A stretch of DNA of 64,000 bases from Candidatus Calditenuaceae archaeon HR02 (GCA_002898395.1 BEHE01000010.1:8092-72091), one strand, 5' to 3'. Positions 48,102-57,778 are shown, numbered from the stretch's first letter. Notes: generated by a model not told the origin, from the sequence alone. Numbers and translations are program-made.

Positions 48102-48290
48102 CTTAAGGAGCACCCTATTCTTTCCCTCACACCGTGTTTCCCCCGGCATCAACCTAGAGTATACGATATCACTGAAGATAGATATTACCACGACCTCTGA
48201 ATTCTTAGCGTTGAAGACCCGGTCGACTAAATTAAAACAGAGTGCGTAGTATTGGGTTCGAGATTATGTATTTTTCATCCTTTTTCTCCA

Positions 48291-48688
48291 CTACCCTTGT
48301 TTTATCAACGTTTCTAGGAGGCGTGATAGTTGTGCATTTGGGATTGACCTGTTCTCCCATAGCTCTACAGCACGTTTAATATCTGACCATCTCACATTAC
48401 CCTTAATTATGGCTCTCAAAATCTGTTTGTAATGTCGTGAACGGTGGAATAGGTGGGATAATTCGCTTTTAACCATCGCCATTGCCTCCGCCAAAACAGC
48501 CTCTAGAAGATTCTCATCAACTCTTTTTTCATGGATGCTCTATATCCGAAATAGGTTAACCATCCCACGACTTTGTCCAGAACATCCATGGTCCTTCGCA
48601 ACACATTTTCATCGGGGTTTATGCCTTGCTCCCTAAAGCCTTCTCTGAGGAAGCGGAGGGACTTTTCACTGCTAAACTTTTCAAGCAC
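48291..48688 (-). pseudogene. frameshifted remnant of an archaeal AAA+ ATPase (Arch_ATPase/DUF234 C-terminal region)
   Basis: Two adjacent short ORFs carry ...VVGWLTYFGYR... and ...VRWSDIKRAVE...LSRLLETLIKQG, resembling the C-terminal wHTH/DUF234 part of COG1672 ATPases. No Walker motifs remain. More ORF-poor debris extends to about 49640. Confidence 0.4.
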
Positions 48689-49647
48689 TATTTCTTCTCT
48701 GACTCTGCGTGCAGCGGGCTTTCAGGGTCATCGGCTCCTATAAAATCCATCAGCAGGCCGACCTCGAAGCCAGTGAGATGGGACCTGATGCGTGGGAGAT
48801 TGTCGTGTGAATAGGTTGATGACGCTCCTGAAATCTAATAAAGCGCCGACGAGGGAAGAGCTTAGGAAAATAGTTATGGCAGCGGACTTGAGAGGAGAGG
48901 CCTTATTAACGATGTTCCGTCAAGCGAAATGGGAATAGGAGAGCTTCTAAGCCTAAGGGTTAAAGATGTAGACTTCAACAAGAGGCTAAGGTGCAAAGTT
49001 TTTATGTCCTAGTGTGATGAGTGCCCCCATAATATTGTGTAGAGCGCTATGCCTAGCTGAAAACAGGCATGAGAGCTTAGCAACTATGCAGAAAGCAGAC
49101 AGATATGTATATGACCCAAGAAGACGTCTCTTCTAAAGGTTGGTCTGGATGAGGACGGACAGCCATATGTCTATTTGGACATGGGAGGAAAGGGAAGATC
49201 GAGCGTTATCGCAAACTGTCTTGGAGTTCAACTTTTTCATGAAGCTTTGCGCTCTTGATGTCGGCATCATTAAAATCAAACACTTCTTAACACCGTGGAC
49301 ATAATCCTTTATCGTGTGCGGAGCAATACCTATTCTGCTCAAGTAGCTTACAAACTCATCATAGGAGCTAGTATGGATCAGGCCTTCCTGCCTTTATTTC
49401 CCATAGTACATCGTTAGGTAGCCGTTTTTGAAGCTGCAGATGACGCATAAGGTAGTTAGCCTTACCTCCTTGGAGTTGGTGCTCTTAAACCTTCTATAAG
49501 TCTTCTCGAGGAAGCCTTTTATCTGTGCTTCTATCTTGTTTTTATGTTCCTTTCCTCACCGGTAAGCTTCTTGGTCTAGTATCTTCGTCTTCAATAAATA
49601 GAAACGAATTTTGCTTATAATATTTTATAAAAAGTCAAAGTATATAG

Positions 49648-51165
49648 CTAGATGTCGAAGTAGAGGTAGAATTCGTAGGGGTGTGGGCGTGCGGAGACCT
49701 GTGTGTGTTCTTTCAGACCGTTCTCTATTATTGTCTCTATGAGTTCGCTTGGGAATATGGGTTTTAGGAAGTCGTGGTCTGATTCAAGCTCTTCTATGGA
49801 CTCTCTGAGGCTTCCGGGGAGCTGCTTGATTCCAAGCTGCCTCCTCTTTTCAGGCGATAGCTTGTATATGTCCTCGTCGACTGGGTCTCCTATGTCGATC
49901 TTCTTCTTGATTCCGTCGAGTCCGGCAGCCATCATGGCTGCGAAGCAGAGGTATGGGTTGCATGATGGGTCTGGTGTCCTGAATTCGATTCTTTTCTTCG
50001 CGCTTGCGGCGCGGCCCCTGTGGTATACGGGTACTCTCACGTTTGCTGATCTGTTGCTTCTGCTCCAGGCTATGAAGACTGGGGCCTCGTATCCGGGTAC
50101 GAGTCTCCTGTAGCTGTTGGTTGTGGGTGCTACTATTGCGCAGAGGGCTCTGCTGTGCTCTAGTAATCCTCCTCCGAAGTATCTGCCGAGCTGGCTTAGC
50201 TCAGCGTAGTCATCATTCTCGTCGTAGAACAGGTTTTCATGACCATCTAGCTGTAGGATGGTGTGGCCGGGGTTTGACTTGGTCTTTCCGCTTCTCTGCC
50301 ATAGGCTGACGTGGGTGTGCATGCCTGATGCGTTGTCGCCAAAGATTGGTTTTGGCATAAATGTGGCGATCATTCCGCTCTTGGCTGCTAGGTTTTTGAC
50401 AACGAATTTGTATGTTATGGAGTTGTCTGCCATATTTGTGAGGGTGTCCCTGTACATGTCTATCTCACACTGCCCCGCTGTAGCTACTTCGTGGTGGTGG
50501 GCGTCGCAAGGTATGTGGAAATGATCCGAAAGTATATTGACGCACTCGGACCTGAAGACCATTAACGTGTCGTGGGGTGGAGCGGGGTAGTAGCCCTCCT
50601 TAAACCTGATGGGATAGTTGGTTCCTGCGCTACTCCAGGCCGCCTCCTTCGACTCAATGCTATAAGACTGTCCCCTGTAGGCGTCTAGGACGTCCCAGTG
50701 GACTTTGTCGAAGACGAAAAACTCGATCTCGGGCCCCCAGAAGGAGAGGTCATATCCCTGCTCAGCCGCATACATCTCCGCCTTCTGAGCAACATGGCGT
50801 GGGTCCTTCTCCAGCCTTCCACGCGCCATTCCCCAGCCGACATTGCATATCATCCTCGCGGTCTTCACATGGTCAGGTATCCATGGGATGATGGCATAGG
50901 TTGAGGGGTCTGGATATAGCACTAGGTCGGACTCGTGTATGTCTACGAATCCCCTGATAGATGAGCCGTCAAGCTTTGGGACGCCTGAGGAGAATGAATC
51001 CTCGTCAAGGAATTTGGCTGGAATCGTTACGTGCTGGAGCCTGCCCGGAACATCCGTGAACTGGAGGTCAATGTATTTTATGCCATCCCTTTCAACGCTC
51101 TCCAACACTTGGTCAAGGCCCATCCTCCACGGTACGAGTTCGCCGTTCTCAAAGACAAATGGCAT
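49648..51165 (-). CDS. glnA: glutamine synthetase
   Basis: 505 aa. GS signature region (DGSS...; ...MHTHVSLW...) and overall GS fold. Confidence 0.75.
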   Translation of the reverse strand: MPFVFENGELVPWRMGLDQVLESVERDGIKYIDLQFTDVPGRLQHVTIPAKFLDEDSFSSGVPKLDGSSIRGFVDIHESDLVLYPDPSTYAIIPWIPDHVKTARMICNVGWGMARGRLEKDPRHVAQKAEMYAAEQGYDLSFWGPEIEFFVFDKVHWDVLDAYRGQSYSIESKEAAWSSAGTNYPIRFKEGYYPAPPHDTLMVFRSECVNILSDHFHIPCDAHHHEVATAGQCEIDMYRDTLTNMADNSITYKFVVKNLAAKSGMIATFMPKPIFGDNASGMHTHVSLWQRSGKTKSNPGHTILQLDGHENLFYDENDDYAELSQLGRYFGGGLLEHSRALCAIVAPTTNSYRRLVPGYEAPVFIAWSRSNRSANVRVPVYHRGRAASAKKRIEFRTPDPSCNPYLCFAAMMAAGLDGIKKKIDIGDPVDEDIYKLSPEKRRQLGIKQLPGSLRESIEELESDHDFLKPIFPSELIETIIENGLKEHTQVSARPHPYEFYLYFDI

Positions 51166-51519
51166 GCCTTCGACACACCCCCACTAAGGAATTAGGCTGA
51201 GGAGTTGCCGCGGCCGCGTTGACTGTCTGTCCATCAATAAAGGCTACTTTGTGTCCATCTGCTACGATTTTTCCACGTCTTACCGTTTTATGGACCATCA
51301 TTTGGCGAATATTGGCTAATAAGTCATATTTAAACATGTCATTAGCCGAGGCGATAAATATTGAGTAAAGTAAACAATTTCTCCCCCAATCCGGGCATTC
51401 ATTAAACATTATTCAAATCGTGCTGACGTGTAATGCAGGCGCTCATGAGCCGAAGGTAAAACTCCTTTCGCTCTGCGCGGGAAGTAGATATTTAGGTGAG
51501 AGTACCTTAGTTTTCATCT

Positions 51520-53817
51520 GTGCAGTCAGCGGTCTATGTCGGTAAGCCTATTCCGCGGAAGGAGGATCTGAGGTTTTTAACAGGTAGGGGCAGGTTCATA
51601 GATGATATAAGTCTCCCGAGGATGCTCTATGCGGCCTTTCTTAGGAGCCCTTACGCCCACGCGAGGATAACTAGTATCGATGTATCTGGCGCACTTCAAA
51701 ACGGCGCGGTGGCCGCCTTCACCGGCCAAGAGCTTAACAAGATGTGTGGTGGCATACATCTAGATGTACCGCGGGGGCGGAAGGATTTTGTGGTTAAGCC
51801 TCTCGCAGAGGGCAAGGTTAGGTATGTTGGCGAGCCTGTCGCTGTTGTAGTTGCTAACGACCCCTACACCGCGCGGGACGCTCTGGAGTACATTAACGTG
51901 GATTACGAGAGGCTTGAGCCGGTTGTGGATCCTCTTGAGGCTTCTAAGCCCGGTGCGCCTATCATACACGATGATTTCCCGGACAATATCTGCTTTACTA
52001 GGAAGCGTGTCTATGGCGATATCGAGGCGGCCTTCAGGGAGGCCGACAAGGTCGTTGATGTCCAGTTGAGGATACAGCGGCTTGTCCCCTCTGCGATGGA
52101 GTGTCGTGGTGTGGTGGCCATTTTTGACGAGGGTGTCGGATACCTGAGGATCTGGGCCACTAAACAATTCCCGCACGACTTTCGAGGCTGGACGGCAGAG
52201 GCCCTCGGAATATCTGAGTCGAAGATTCATGTTATAGCGCCAGACATAGGCGGGGCATTTGGCTCGAAACTCGAGCACTACCCTGAAGATGTAGTGATTC
52301 CCCTCTTAGCTAAATTGCTTGGACGGCCTATAAAGTGGATTGAGACGCGTAGTGAGAACTTCCACTCCACAACTCATGGAAGGGGTAGTGCGGCTTGGGT
52401 TGAGGCGGCCGTGAAGAATGACGGCAGGCTACTCGGGGTTAGAGCTAAGATCTTGACAGATCTCGGCGCCTATCCATACTTCTCCACGATACAGGTTCCC
52501 GAGGGGATTGTCGGGATGTTGCCGGGTTGCTATAAGCTGAGAGGCTTGGAGGCTGAGGTAACTGGCGTCTTCACCAATAAAGTTCCAACGGCGGCGTATA
52601 GGGGTGCGGGCAGGCCAGAGGCCTCATACATTATTGAGCGGACTATGGATAGAATTGCGAGAGAGCTGGGAATCGACCCAGCCGAGGCTCGGAGAAGAAA
52701 TTTCATCAGGCCAGAGGAGTTCCCCTACGAGACAATAACCGGCCACAAGTATGACTCTGGGAACTATGAACAAGCGCTTAACAAGGCGCTCAAGATTGTG
52801 GGCTATGAGGAGCTCAGGCATAGACAGTCAGAGCTAAGGGCTGCTGGGAAGCTGCTGGGCATAGGAATCTCAAGCTACATCGAGGTATGTAACTTTGCCC
52901 CTACCCCCGCTATAGTGAGTGTGGAGAAGGATGGGAGGGTCAAGGTGGTATCTGGAACGCTGCCGCACGGTCAGGGCGAGGAGACTGCATTCGCCCAGAT
53001 AGCTGCTGACGCGTTGGGTGTGGATATAAAAGATGTCGACGTCATATTTGGAGATACTTCTCTAATCGGGTGGGGGCCGGGGACAGCGGGTAGCTGGACA
53101 CTAGCGTCCGGCGGTAATGCGGTCCTACAAGCTTCTATGAAGGTGAGAGACAAGATATTGAGACTTGCAGCCCACATGCTGGAGGTTAGGCCCGAGGACT
53201 TGGAGATCGTTGACGGCAAGGTTGGAGTGAAAGGCGTCCCAGAGAAGTCCGTGAAGATTAAGGAGGTCGCTGCCCTAGCGTATGACCCTTCAGGACTGCC
53301 TGCCGGTATTGAGCCTGGACTCTCTGCAGAGGTGGGCTACAGTCCACAGCTGACGTATCCATTTGGGACGCATGTGGCCGTAGTCGAGATTGATTTGGAG
53401 ACGGGAAGGGTAGAGGTGAAGAGGCTAGTGCTTGTCGATGACTGTGGAAGGGTTGTTAACCCGCTTCTAGTTGAGGGGCAGGTAATTGGCGGGGCGGTCC
53501 AGGCCCTAGCTCAAGCCCTCTACGAAGAGGCTTTCTTTGATAGTGATGGAAACCTAGTCAACTCCAACTTTGGGGACTATCTTATTCCTACTGCCGTCGA
53601 GATACCTGAAATCCAGACGGAGAGGACCGAGACGCCTGCCCCTAACCCGCTGGGGGCAAAAGGTGTCGGGGAGGCTGCGACAATAGGCTTGACACAGGCC
53701 GTGGTAAATGCTGTTGAGGATGCACTCGCACCGCTCGGTGTAAGGGTAGTGGATACGCCGCTAACACCCTACCAGGTTTGGCGCATAATACGGGAAAAAC
53801 TCCCGAAATCGGGTTGA
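51520..53817 (+). CDS. molybdopterin-dependent hydroxylase large subunit (CoxL/XdhA/aldehyde oxidoreductase family)
   Basis: 765 aa. N-terminal GRGRFIDDI, a mid-region active-site loop (GAFGSK), and C-terminal dimerisation motifs of the xanthine-dehydrogenase family. No adjacent small or medium subunit genes. Confidence 0.7.
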   Translation: MQSAVYVGKPIPRKEDLRFLTGRGRFIDDISLPRMLYAAFLRSPYAHARITSIDVSGALQNGAVAAFTGQELNKMCGGIHLDVPRGRKDFVVKPLAEGKVRYVGEPVAVVVANDPYTARDALEYINVDYERLEPVVDPLEASKPGAPIIHDDFPDNICFTRKRVYGDIEAAFREADKVVDVQLRIQRLVPSAMECRGVVAIFDEGVGYLRIWATKQFPHDFRGWTAEALGISESKIHVIAPDIGGAFGSKLEHYPEDVVIPLLAKLLGRPIKWIETRSENFHSTTHGRGSAAWVEAAVKNDGRLLGVRAKILTDLGAYPYFSTIQVPEGIVGMLPGCYKLRGLEAEVTGVFTNKVPTAAYRGAGRPEASYIIERTMDRIARELGIDPAEARRRNFIRPEEFPYETITGHKYDSGNYEQALNKALKIVGYEELRHRQSELRAAGKLLGIGISSYIEVCNFAPTPAIVSVEKDGRVKVVSGTLPHGQGEETAFAQIAADALGVDIKDVDVIFGDTSLIGWGPGTAGSWTLASGGNAVLQASMKVRDKILRLAAHMLEVRPEDLEIVDGKVGVKGVPEKSVKIKEVAALAYDPSGLPAGIEPGLSAEVGYSPQLTYPFGTHVAVVEIDLETGRVEVKRLVLVDDCGRVVNPLLVEGQVIGGAVQALAQALYEEAFFDSDGNLVNSNFGDYLIPTAVEIPEIQTERTETPAPNPLGAKGVGEAATIGLTQAVVNAVEDALAPLGVRVVDTPLTPYQVWRIIREKLPKSG

Positions 53818-53865
53818 AGTAATACTTTCGTATTATTCTAAATAAGTTGATGCAAATGTTTATAT

Positions 53866-53873
53866 AGGGGACC
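53866..53873 (+). promoter_or_regulatory. TATA box (TTTATATA) for the downstream ncRNA
   Basis: Perfect archaeal TATA about 20-25 nt upstream of the first G of the GC-rich structured element. Confidence 0.45.
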
Positions 53874-53885
53874 ATAATTTCTTAT

Positions 53886-54075
53886 GGAGCGGGGCGCCCG
53901 GGATAGGGGAGATCCGAGAGGCGTCAGGGAAACCTGGCGTCTCTGGGAGCCTCCAGTCTCGTGGACCCAACGGGAAACCGTGGGCAAAGGGATTGGAGAG
54001 GGTGCTCACGGTGTGCGTGGGGCCTAGGGGTCTAACACGCACGTCGCGCGCCCTCCCCGAAAGGCGCCCCGTCTA
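53886..54075 (+). ncRNA. structured GC-rich ncRNA (about 190 nt; class unassigned; candidate minimal RNase P RNA or other stable RNA)
   Basis: Terminal helix GGGGCGCC/GGCGCCCC. Two GAAA (GNRA) hairpins with 12-bp and 7-bp stems. A third 8-bp hairpin (UGUGCGUG/CACGCACG) whose loop GGGUC can pair with GACCC in the junction, a possible pseudoknot. The segment has sharply higher GC than the flanks, no protein-like ORF, and its own TATA box. Confidence 0.5.
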
Positions 54076-54077
54076 AT

Positions 54078-54776
54078 TTACGGAGCAAACATGTGTCTGA
54101 GGACCCTCTCATAATACTGTTCCGGGGAATATTCTATCATCTCCAGGTCGTCGATGTTGAGGACGATTATGGAGTGTATTCTGCAGTTGCGTAGCTCGTC
54201 TATCTGGATGGGAGGCCTGCTGTAGTAGATGTCGCAGAGGCTCTTCAGCGACTCCACTTCTCCAGCCTCTCTAAGCCTTGGCGGCTTCAACAAGGGTTCC
54301 GGGATCTCCAGAATGTTGTAGCGGGGGGTTGCTAGGCTGAACTTGTCAGCATACTTACTGTATCGCGCAACCTTACTAACCACTCGGGCCCGGAGATACC
54401 TCTGAGGGTCGAGGGCGGCTTCAGGCGGGGCGAAACCGGTTTCTATCTCAATGATGTGGGTGCTTCCTCCCTTCTCGCCAAAGACGTCACAGACGAGTGA
54501 ATCGCCGAGATACCTTTCCACATCAACCTCATACCCAAGCCTCGCCAAGTGCCCCGCGCAGATAACCTCCATCACCGAATGATTAATCTTAACTAGTCCT
54601 CTCTGATGCATGTCGATGAGCTTCGCTCCAATCCTGTAGAGCTGATCTCTGAGAGACTGGCCTAGCAACCCTGCTAGCCTCTCTACCAACGCGGTGATGT
54701 CTCTAGCAAAATCGCTTTCACTCGGTCTATCAGCGTGCTTGGCTACTTCCCGCTCACTCGGCTGGTCGCTGCTCAC
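54078..54776 (-). CDS. hypothetical protein (possible PD-(D/E)xK-like nuclease fold)
   Basis: 232 aa. An acidic N-terminus, then ...GYEVDVERYLGDSLVCDVF...HIIEIETG, resembling a D...D/E-x-K nuclease core. No confident family. Confidence 0.35.
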   Translation of the reverse strand: MSSDQPSEREVAKHADRPSESDFARDITALVERLAGLLGQSLRDQLYRIGAKLIDMHQRGLVKINHSVMEVICAGHLARLGYEVDVERYLGDSLVCDVFGEKGGSTHIIEIETGFAPPEAALDPQRYLRARVVSKVARYSKYADKFSLATPRYNILEIPEPLLKPPRLREAGEVESLKSLCDIYYSRPPIQIDELRNCRIHSIIVLNIDDLEMIEYSPEQYYERVLRHMFAP

Positions 54777-54893
54777 TGATGAATAAGTAGGTTTGGTCTT
54801 GTCATTAAAGTCTATCTCTTTCCGCCTGGCCCTTCACTTTAAAACGTTTCGCGACGAGTAATTCTTAGCTAGGGTGGAGGGGTGGTGTCAGTG

Positions 54894-55664
54894 TCACTCC
54901 AGCCTCGGTGCTATGAGGTATTCGAGCCTGCCTGCGGGGAGTGTGAAGGTCAGCTTTACGGGCTTGTTGCTGCTCAACTGTATAAGCGTCTCCTCGGACA
55001 GATCCCTACCAGGCTTAACTATCCGCTCCAGGTAGGCTAGACTAAAACTTGCTACAACCTCGTGGGGAGCCTCCACCTCGTATACTAGCGCGCCGTCCCT
55101 TGAGAGCTTGTTCTCGACCACGCCCATGTCGCCCTTAGCCATCAGTATCACAGCGGAGGGCTGGATGATTATCTTAACGGAGTCGGAGACTAGGCTTGCA
55201 TCCTCCACGGCCTCCCATAGCGCCTCCGAGTTTACCCTTGCCCTCGCCTCGAAGACTAGCTTGGGAGAGGCACTGGTGCCCGCGACGGGTTCGAGCGTGT
55301 TGAGCTGGTATCTCCTCTCCCGCGACTTGGTCGGGTCTGTCAGGATTATATCCAGCTTCCTCTTCTCCTCTTCGTATACGAGTGTCAGGGACTCACCCTT
55401 CTTAGCCCTCTTGAGGAATTTGAGTAGCTCCTGAAGGTTGACTGTCAGCTCTGTCTCCTTGTCTGCCACGAACTCCTCGGCGGCCTCCTTCCTCAGCTCA
55501 AAGTCTACAAGACTCACGTGAGCTGGATCCATAGACACGAGCCTCAACGAGTCTTGAGTAATCTTGAATGAGGCCTCATCAACTACAGCGGCAACTGCCT
55601 TAAAGAGGTCTGCGGCATAATCTGCGTTAGGGATCCTCATAGTAAACATGGTGCTCCCTCCCAC
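54894..55664 (-). CDS. pcn: DNA polymerase sliding clamp PCNA
   Basis: about 250 aa. N-terminus FKAVAAVVDEASFKITQDSLRLVSMDPAHVSLVDFEL is typical of archaeal PCNA. The real start is probably MFTMRI a few codons in. Confidence 0.75.
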   Translation of the reverse strand: MGGSTMFTMRIPNADYAADLFKAVAAVVDEASFKITQDSLRLVSMDPAHVSLVDFELRKEAAEEFVADKETELTVNLQELLKFLKRAKKGESLTLVYEEEKRKLDIILTDPTKSRERRYQLNTLEPVAGTSASPKLVFEARARVNSEALWEAVEDASLVSDSVKIIIQPSAVILMAKGDMGVVENKLSRDGALVYEVEAPHEVVASFSLAYLERIVKPGRDLSEETLIQLSSNKPVKLTFTLPAGRLEYLIAPRLE

Positions 55665-56130
55665 TTATTAGTTACTGGTCTCCTTGCTTAAAATATTTGG
55701 CTGTAAGCGGTGCGGGAAGCCTATGCTGGCTATACCTGGGAAATAGCTTCAGAAGCCAAGTGGCCGGAAGCCTACTCTAAACTGATATGTGCGAAGCGGG
55801 TGGTCTGCCGTAATTGCTAGTCAAATCCCTGCGGAGAGAATACATCCAAACCCTGTTAAGCTCATGTTGATGAGGGCATAGATATAAGTCATCAAAAACC
55901 CAAGACCATATGCGAGAGCTTAAGGAGTGGTCCGACTTTGCTGTACTAGGCCCGATTGAGGGTTACAGAAAGGTTAAGTGGACGCTCTAGGCTTTTCAAA
56001 TACATTCTTTTCCCACCCCCTCACCGCCTAGTTATGTAGCCGTTAACTAAGCCTGCTAGATAAAACGTAGCCCGGAACCTATAACTGACTTATATCCTAG
56101 TTTAAAGCATGGGCGCCGCACAGAAGGACC

Positions 56131-56928
56131 GTGCCGATCTTCAGTCCTGTTAAAGAGTCAGACATTACGAGAGCCATAGCCTCATCCTTCATAGAGATGT
56201 TCAGCGAGTATGCGCGGAGCGACGTGATCGTGGTGGGTGCAGGCCCTGCGGGCCTAATGGCGGCTAGGGAGCTGGCGAGAAGTGGAGTACGCGTCCTAGT
56301 GATTGAGCAGAACAACTACCTCGGTGGGGGGTTCTGGATTGGAGGATATCTGATGAACCCTGTAACCTTCAGGGCTCCGGCCCAAGAGATACTCGACGAG
56401 CTCGAAGTTCCGTATAAGAAGTATGTCGAGGGGCTTTACGTGGCTCACGGACCGCATGCATGCTCTAAACTCATAGCCTCAGCCTGCGACGCCGGCGTCA
56501 AATTCCTCAACCTGACAAAGCTCGACGACGTTGTTGTTAGGGATAATGCTGTGAGGGGTGTTGTGGTTAACTGGACCCCAGTCGAGGGTCTTCCAAGACA
56601 GATCACTTGTGTCGACCCGATAGCCTTGGAGGCCAGCCTTGTGATCGACGCCTCCGGGCATGACGCTGCTGCGGTGAAAAAGCTTGAGGCGCGAGGCCTT
56701 GTTAAGATTAGGGGGATGGGGGCGATGTGGGTGGAGAGGTCTGAGGACGCCGTGGTCGAGTATACCGGCGTTGTCTACCCGGGGCTGATAGTCGCTGGAA
56801 TGGCCGTGGTGGAGACCTATGGTCTACCTAGGATGGGGCCGACCTTCGGGGCGATGCTGCTGTCTGGCAGGAGGGCGGCTGAGATAGCCCTAGAAGAGCT
56901 CAAGAGGCTGGAGGCCGAGACCGTCTAG
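56131..56928 (+). CDS. thi4: thiazole synthase Thi4 (ribulose-1,5-bisphosphate-isomerase-like flavoprotein)
   Basis: [19 protein letters not shown] motif. 265-aa length and overall Thi4 family pattern. Confidence 0.75.
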   Translation: MPIFSPVKESDITRAIASSFIEMFSEYARSDVIVVGAGPAGLMAARELARSGVRVLVIEQNNYLGGGFWIGGYLMNPVTFRAPAQEILDELEVPYKKYVEGLYVAHGPHACSKLIASACDAGVKFLNLTKLDDVVVRDNAVRGVVVNWTPVEGLPRQITCVDPIALEASLVIDASGHDAAAVKKLEARGLVKIRGMGAMWVERSEDAVVEYTGVVYPGLIVAGMAVVETYGLPRMGPTFGAMLLSGRRAAEIALEELKRLEAETV

Positions 56929-56943
56929 CGCGCTGGGAAACAT

Positions 56944-57777
56944 TTGTCCCTTAAGCCCTACAGAGGGCTCAGGCTATACATCTACAAAGACCCGTCTACG
57001 CGGGCAATCAGATATCCCGAGCTGACCTGGTACCTCCAAGAACACATTCCCCACTGCACCGTCGAGGTTAGGGATGAATTCCTAACATACGCCCGTGAGC
57101 ACTGGGGCGCCGAGCCGCGGCGCCTCTCACCAGCGATAGCCTCTGCTAGGGTTATCGATGTTTTGAGATGTGAACCTGTAGGTGAACCTCTGCCAGGCGA
57201 GGTTACATTCGAGGAGAGAATACTGTCAGACCCGGCTAGGAGGGTTGGGGGTGTCCTCTACGAGGGCTATACACTCCAAAACCTCTTCCAATCACTCATC
57301 CCACGCGAAGAGCTAAGACTCGGGATACTACACGCTATACTGACTCAGAGGATGCTAGTCACAAAGGAGCTGGGCGACGGGAGGGGCCACGCTAGGACCA
57401 TTATTCTGGGCCAGCCCGTCCTCATCTCGACGACAGGGCTCGTGGAGGCCCCAGCCCTCCCCAGGGAGGTCTACGTCAAGCTACAGCTCTTCAGGAGCCC
57501 CGATATGCAGCAGCTCCTCCTCGAGGAGGAGAGGCGAAAGCTAGGGGAACTAGTCCTCTCACCAGATGATGAGAGGTTAACAGAGGTTGTCAAGGGCTAC
57601 GTGCTTATGGGAGTCTTCTACTACCTCTTCGGCGAGGCCTTCTGCGACGACATGAGGTGCAGACTATACAATGCCCACACCCATGAGGAGCTGGTTGAGG
57701 CTCAGATCAGAAGCGGGAGACTCTGCACCACTCATCAGCAGATGCTAGACTCTCTGAAAACAGCTCCAGCAACCTAG
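56944..57777 (+). CDS. hypothetical protein
   Basis: 277 aa. C-terminal CDDMRCRLYNAHTHEE is a possible metal site. No family recognised. Confidence 0.35.
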   Translation: MSLKPYRGLRLYIYKDPSTRAIRYPELTWYLQEHIPHCTVEVRDEFLTYAREHWGAEPRRLSPAIASARVIDVLRCEPVGEPLPGEVTFEERILSDPARRVGGVLYEGYTLQNLFQSLIPREELRLGILHAILTQRMLVTKELGDGRGHARTIILGQPVLISTTGLVEAPALPREVYVKLQLFRSPDMQQLLLEEERRKLGELVLSPDDERLTEVVKGYVLMGVFYYLFGEAFCDDMRCRLYNAHTHEELVEAQIRSGRLCTTHQQMLDSLKTAPAT

Positions 57778-57778
57778 G

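Noticed and set aside
48225-48262. tRNA-like T-loop sequence GGGTTCGAG in the nosZ upstream region
   Set aside because: No matching acceptor stem, D-arm or anticodon stem could be built around it, so it is probably chance.
51149-51409. 86-aa ORF in the glnA/coxL divergent intergenic region
   Set aside because: It lies in an AT-rich promoter region between two divergent genes, has no motifs, and is likely spurious.
53642-54042. Two minus-strand ORFs (77 and 60 aa) overlapping the GC-rich intergenic segment
   Set aside because: Pro/Arg/Leu-rich translations of a region that folds into long RNA helices with GNRA loops. It is better explained as an ncRNA.
53886-54075. Assignment of the structured RNA as SRP (7S) RNA
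   Set aside because: Archaeal SRP RNAs are about 300 nt with a long helix 5. This element closes on itself after about 190 nt and I could not find the helix-8 internal-loop pattern. It is kept as an unclassified ncRNA or RNase P candidate instead.
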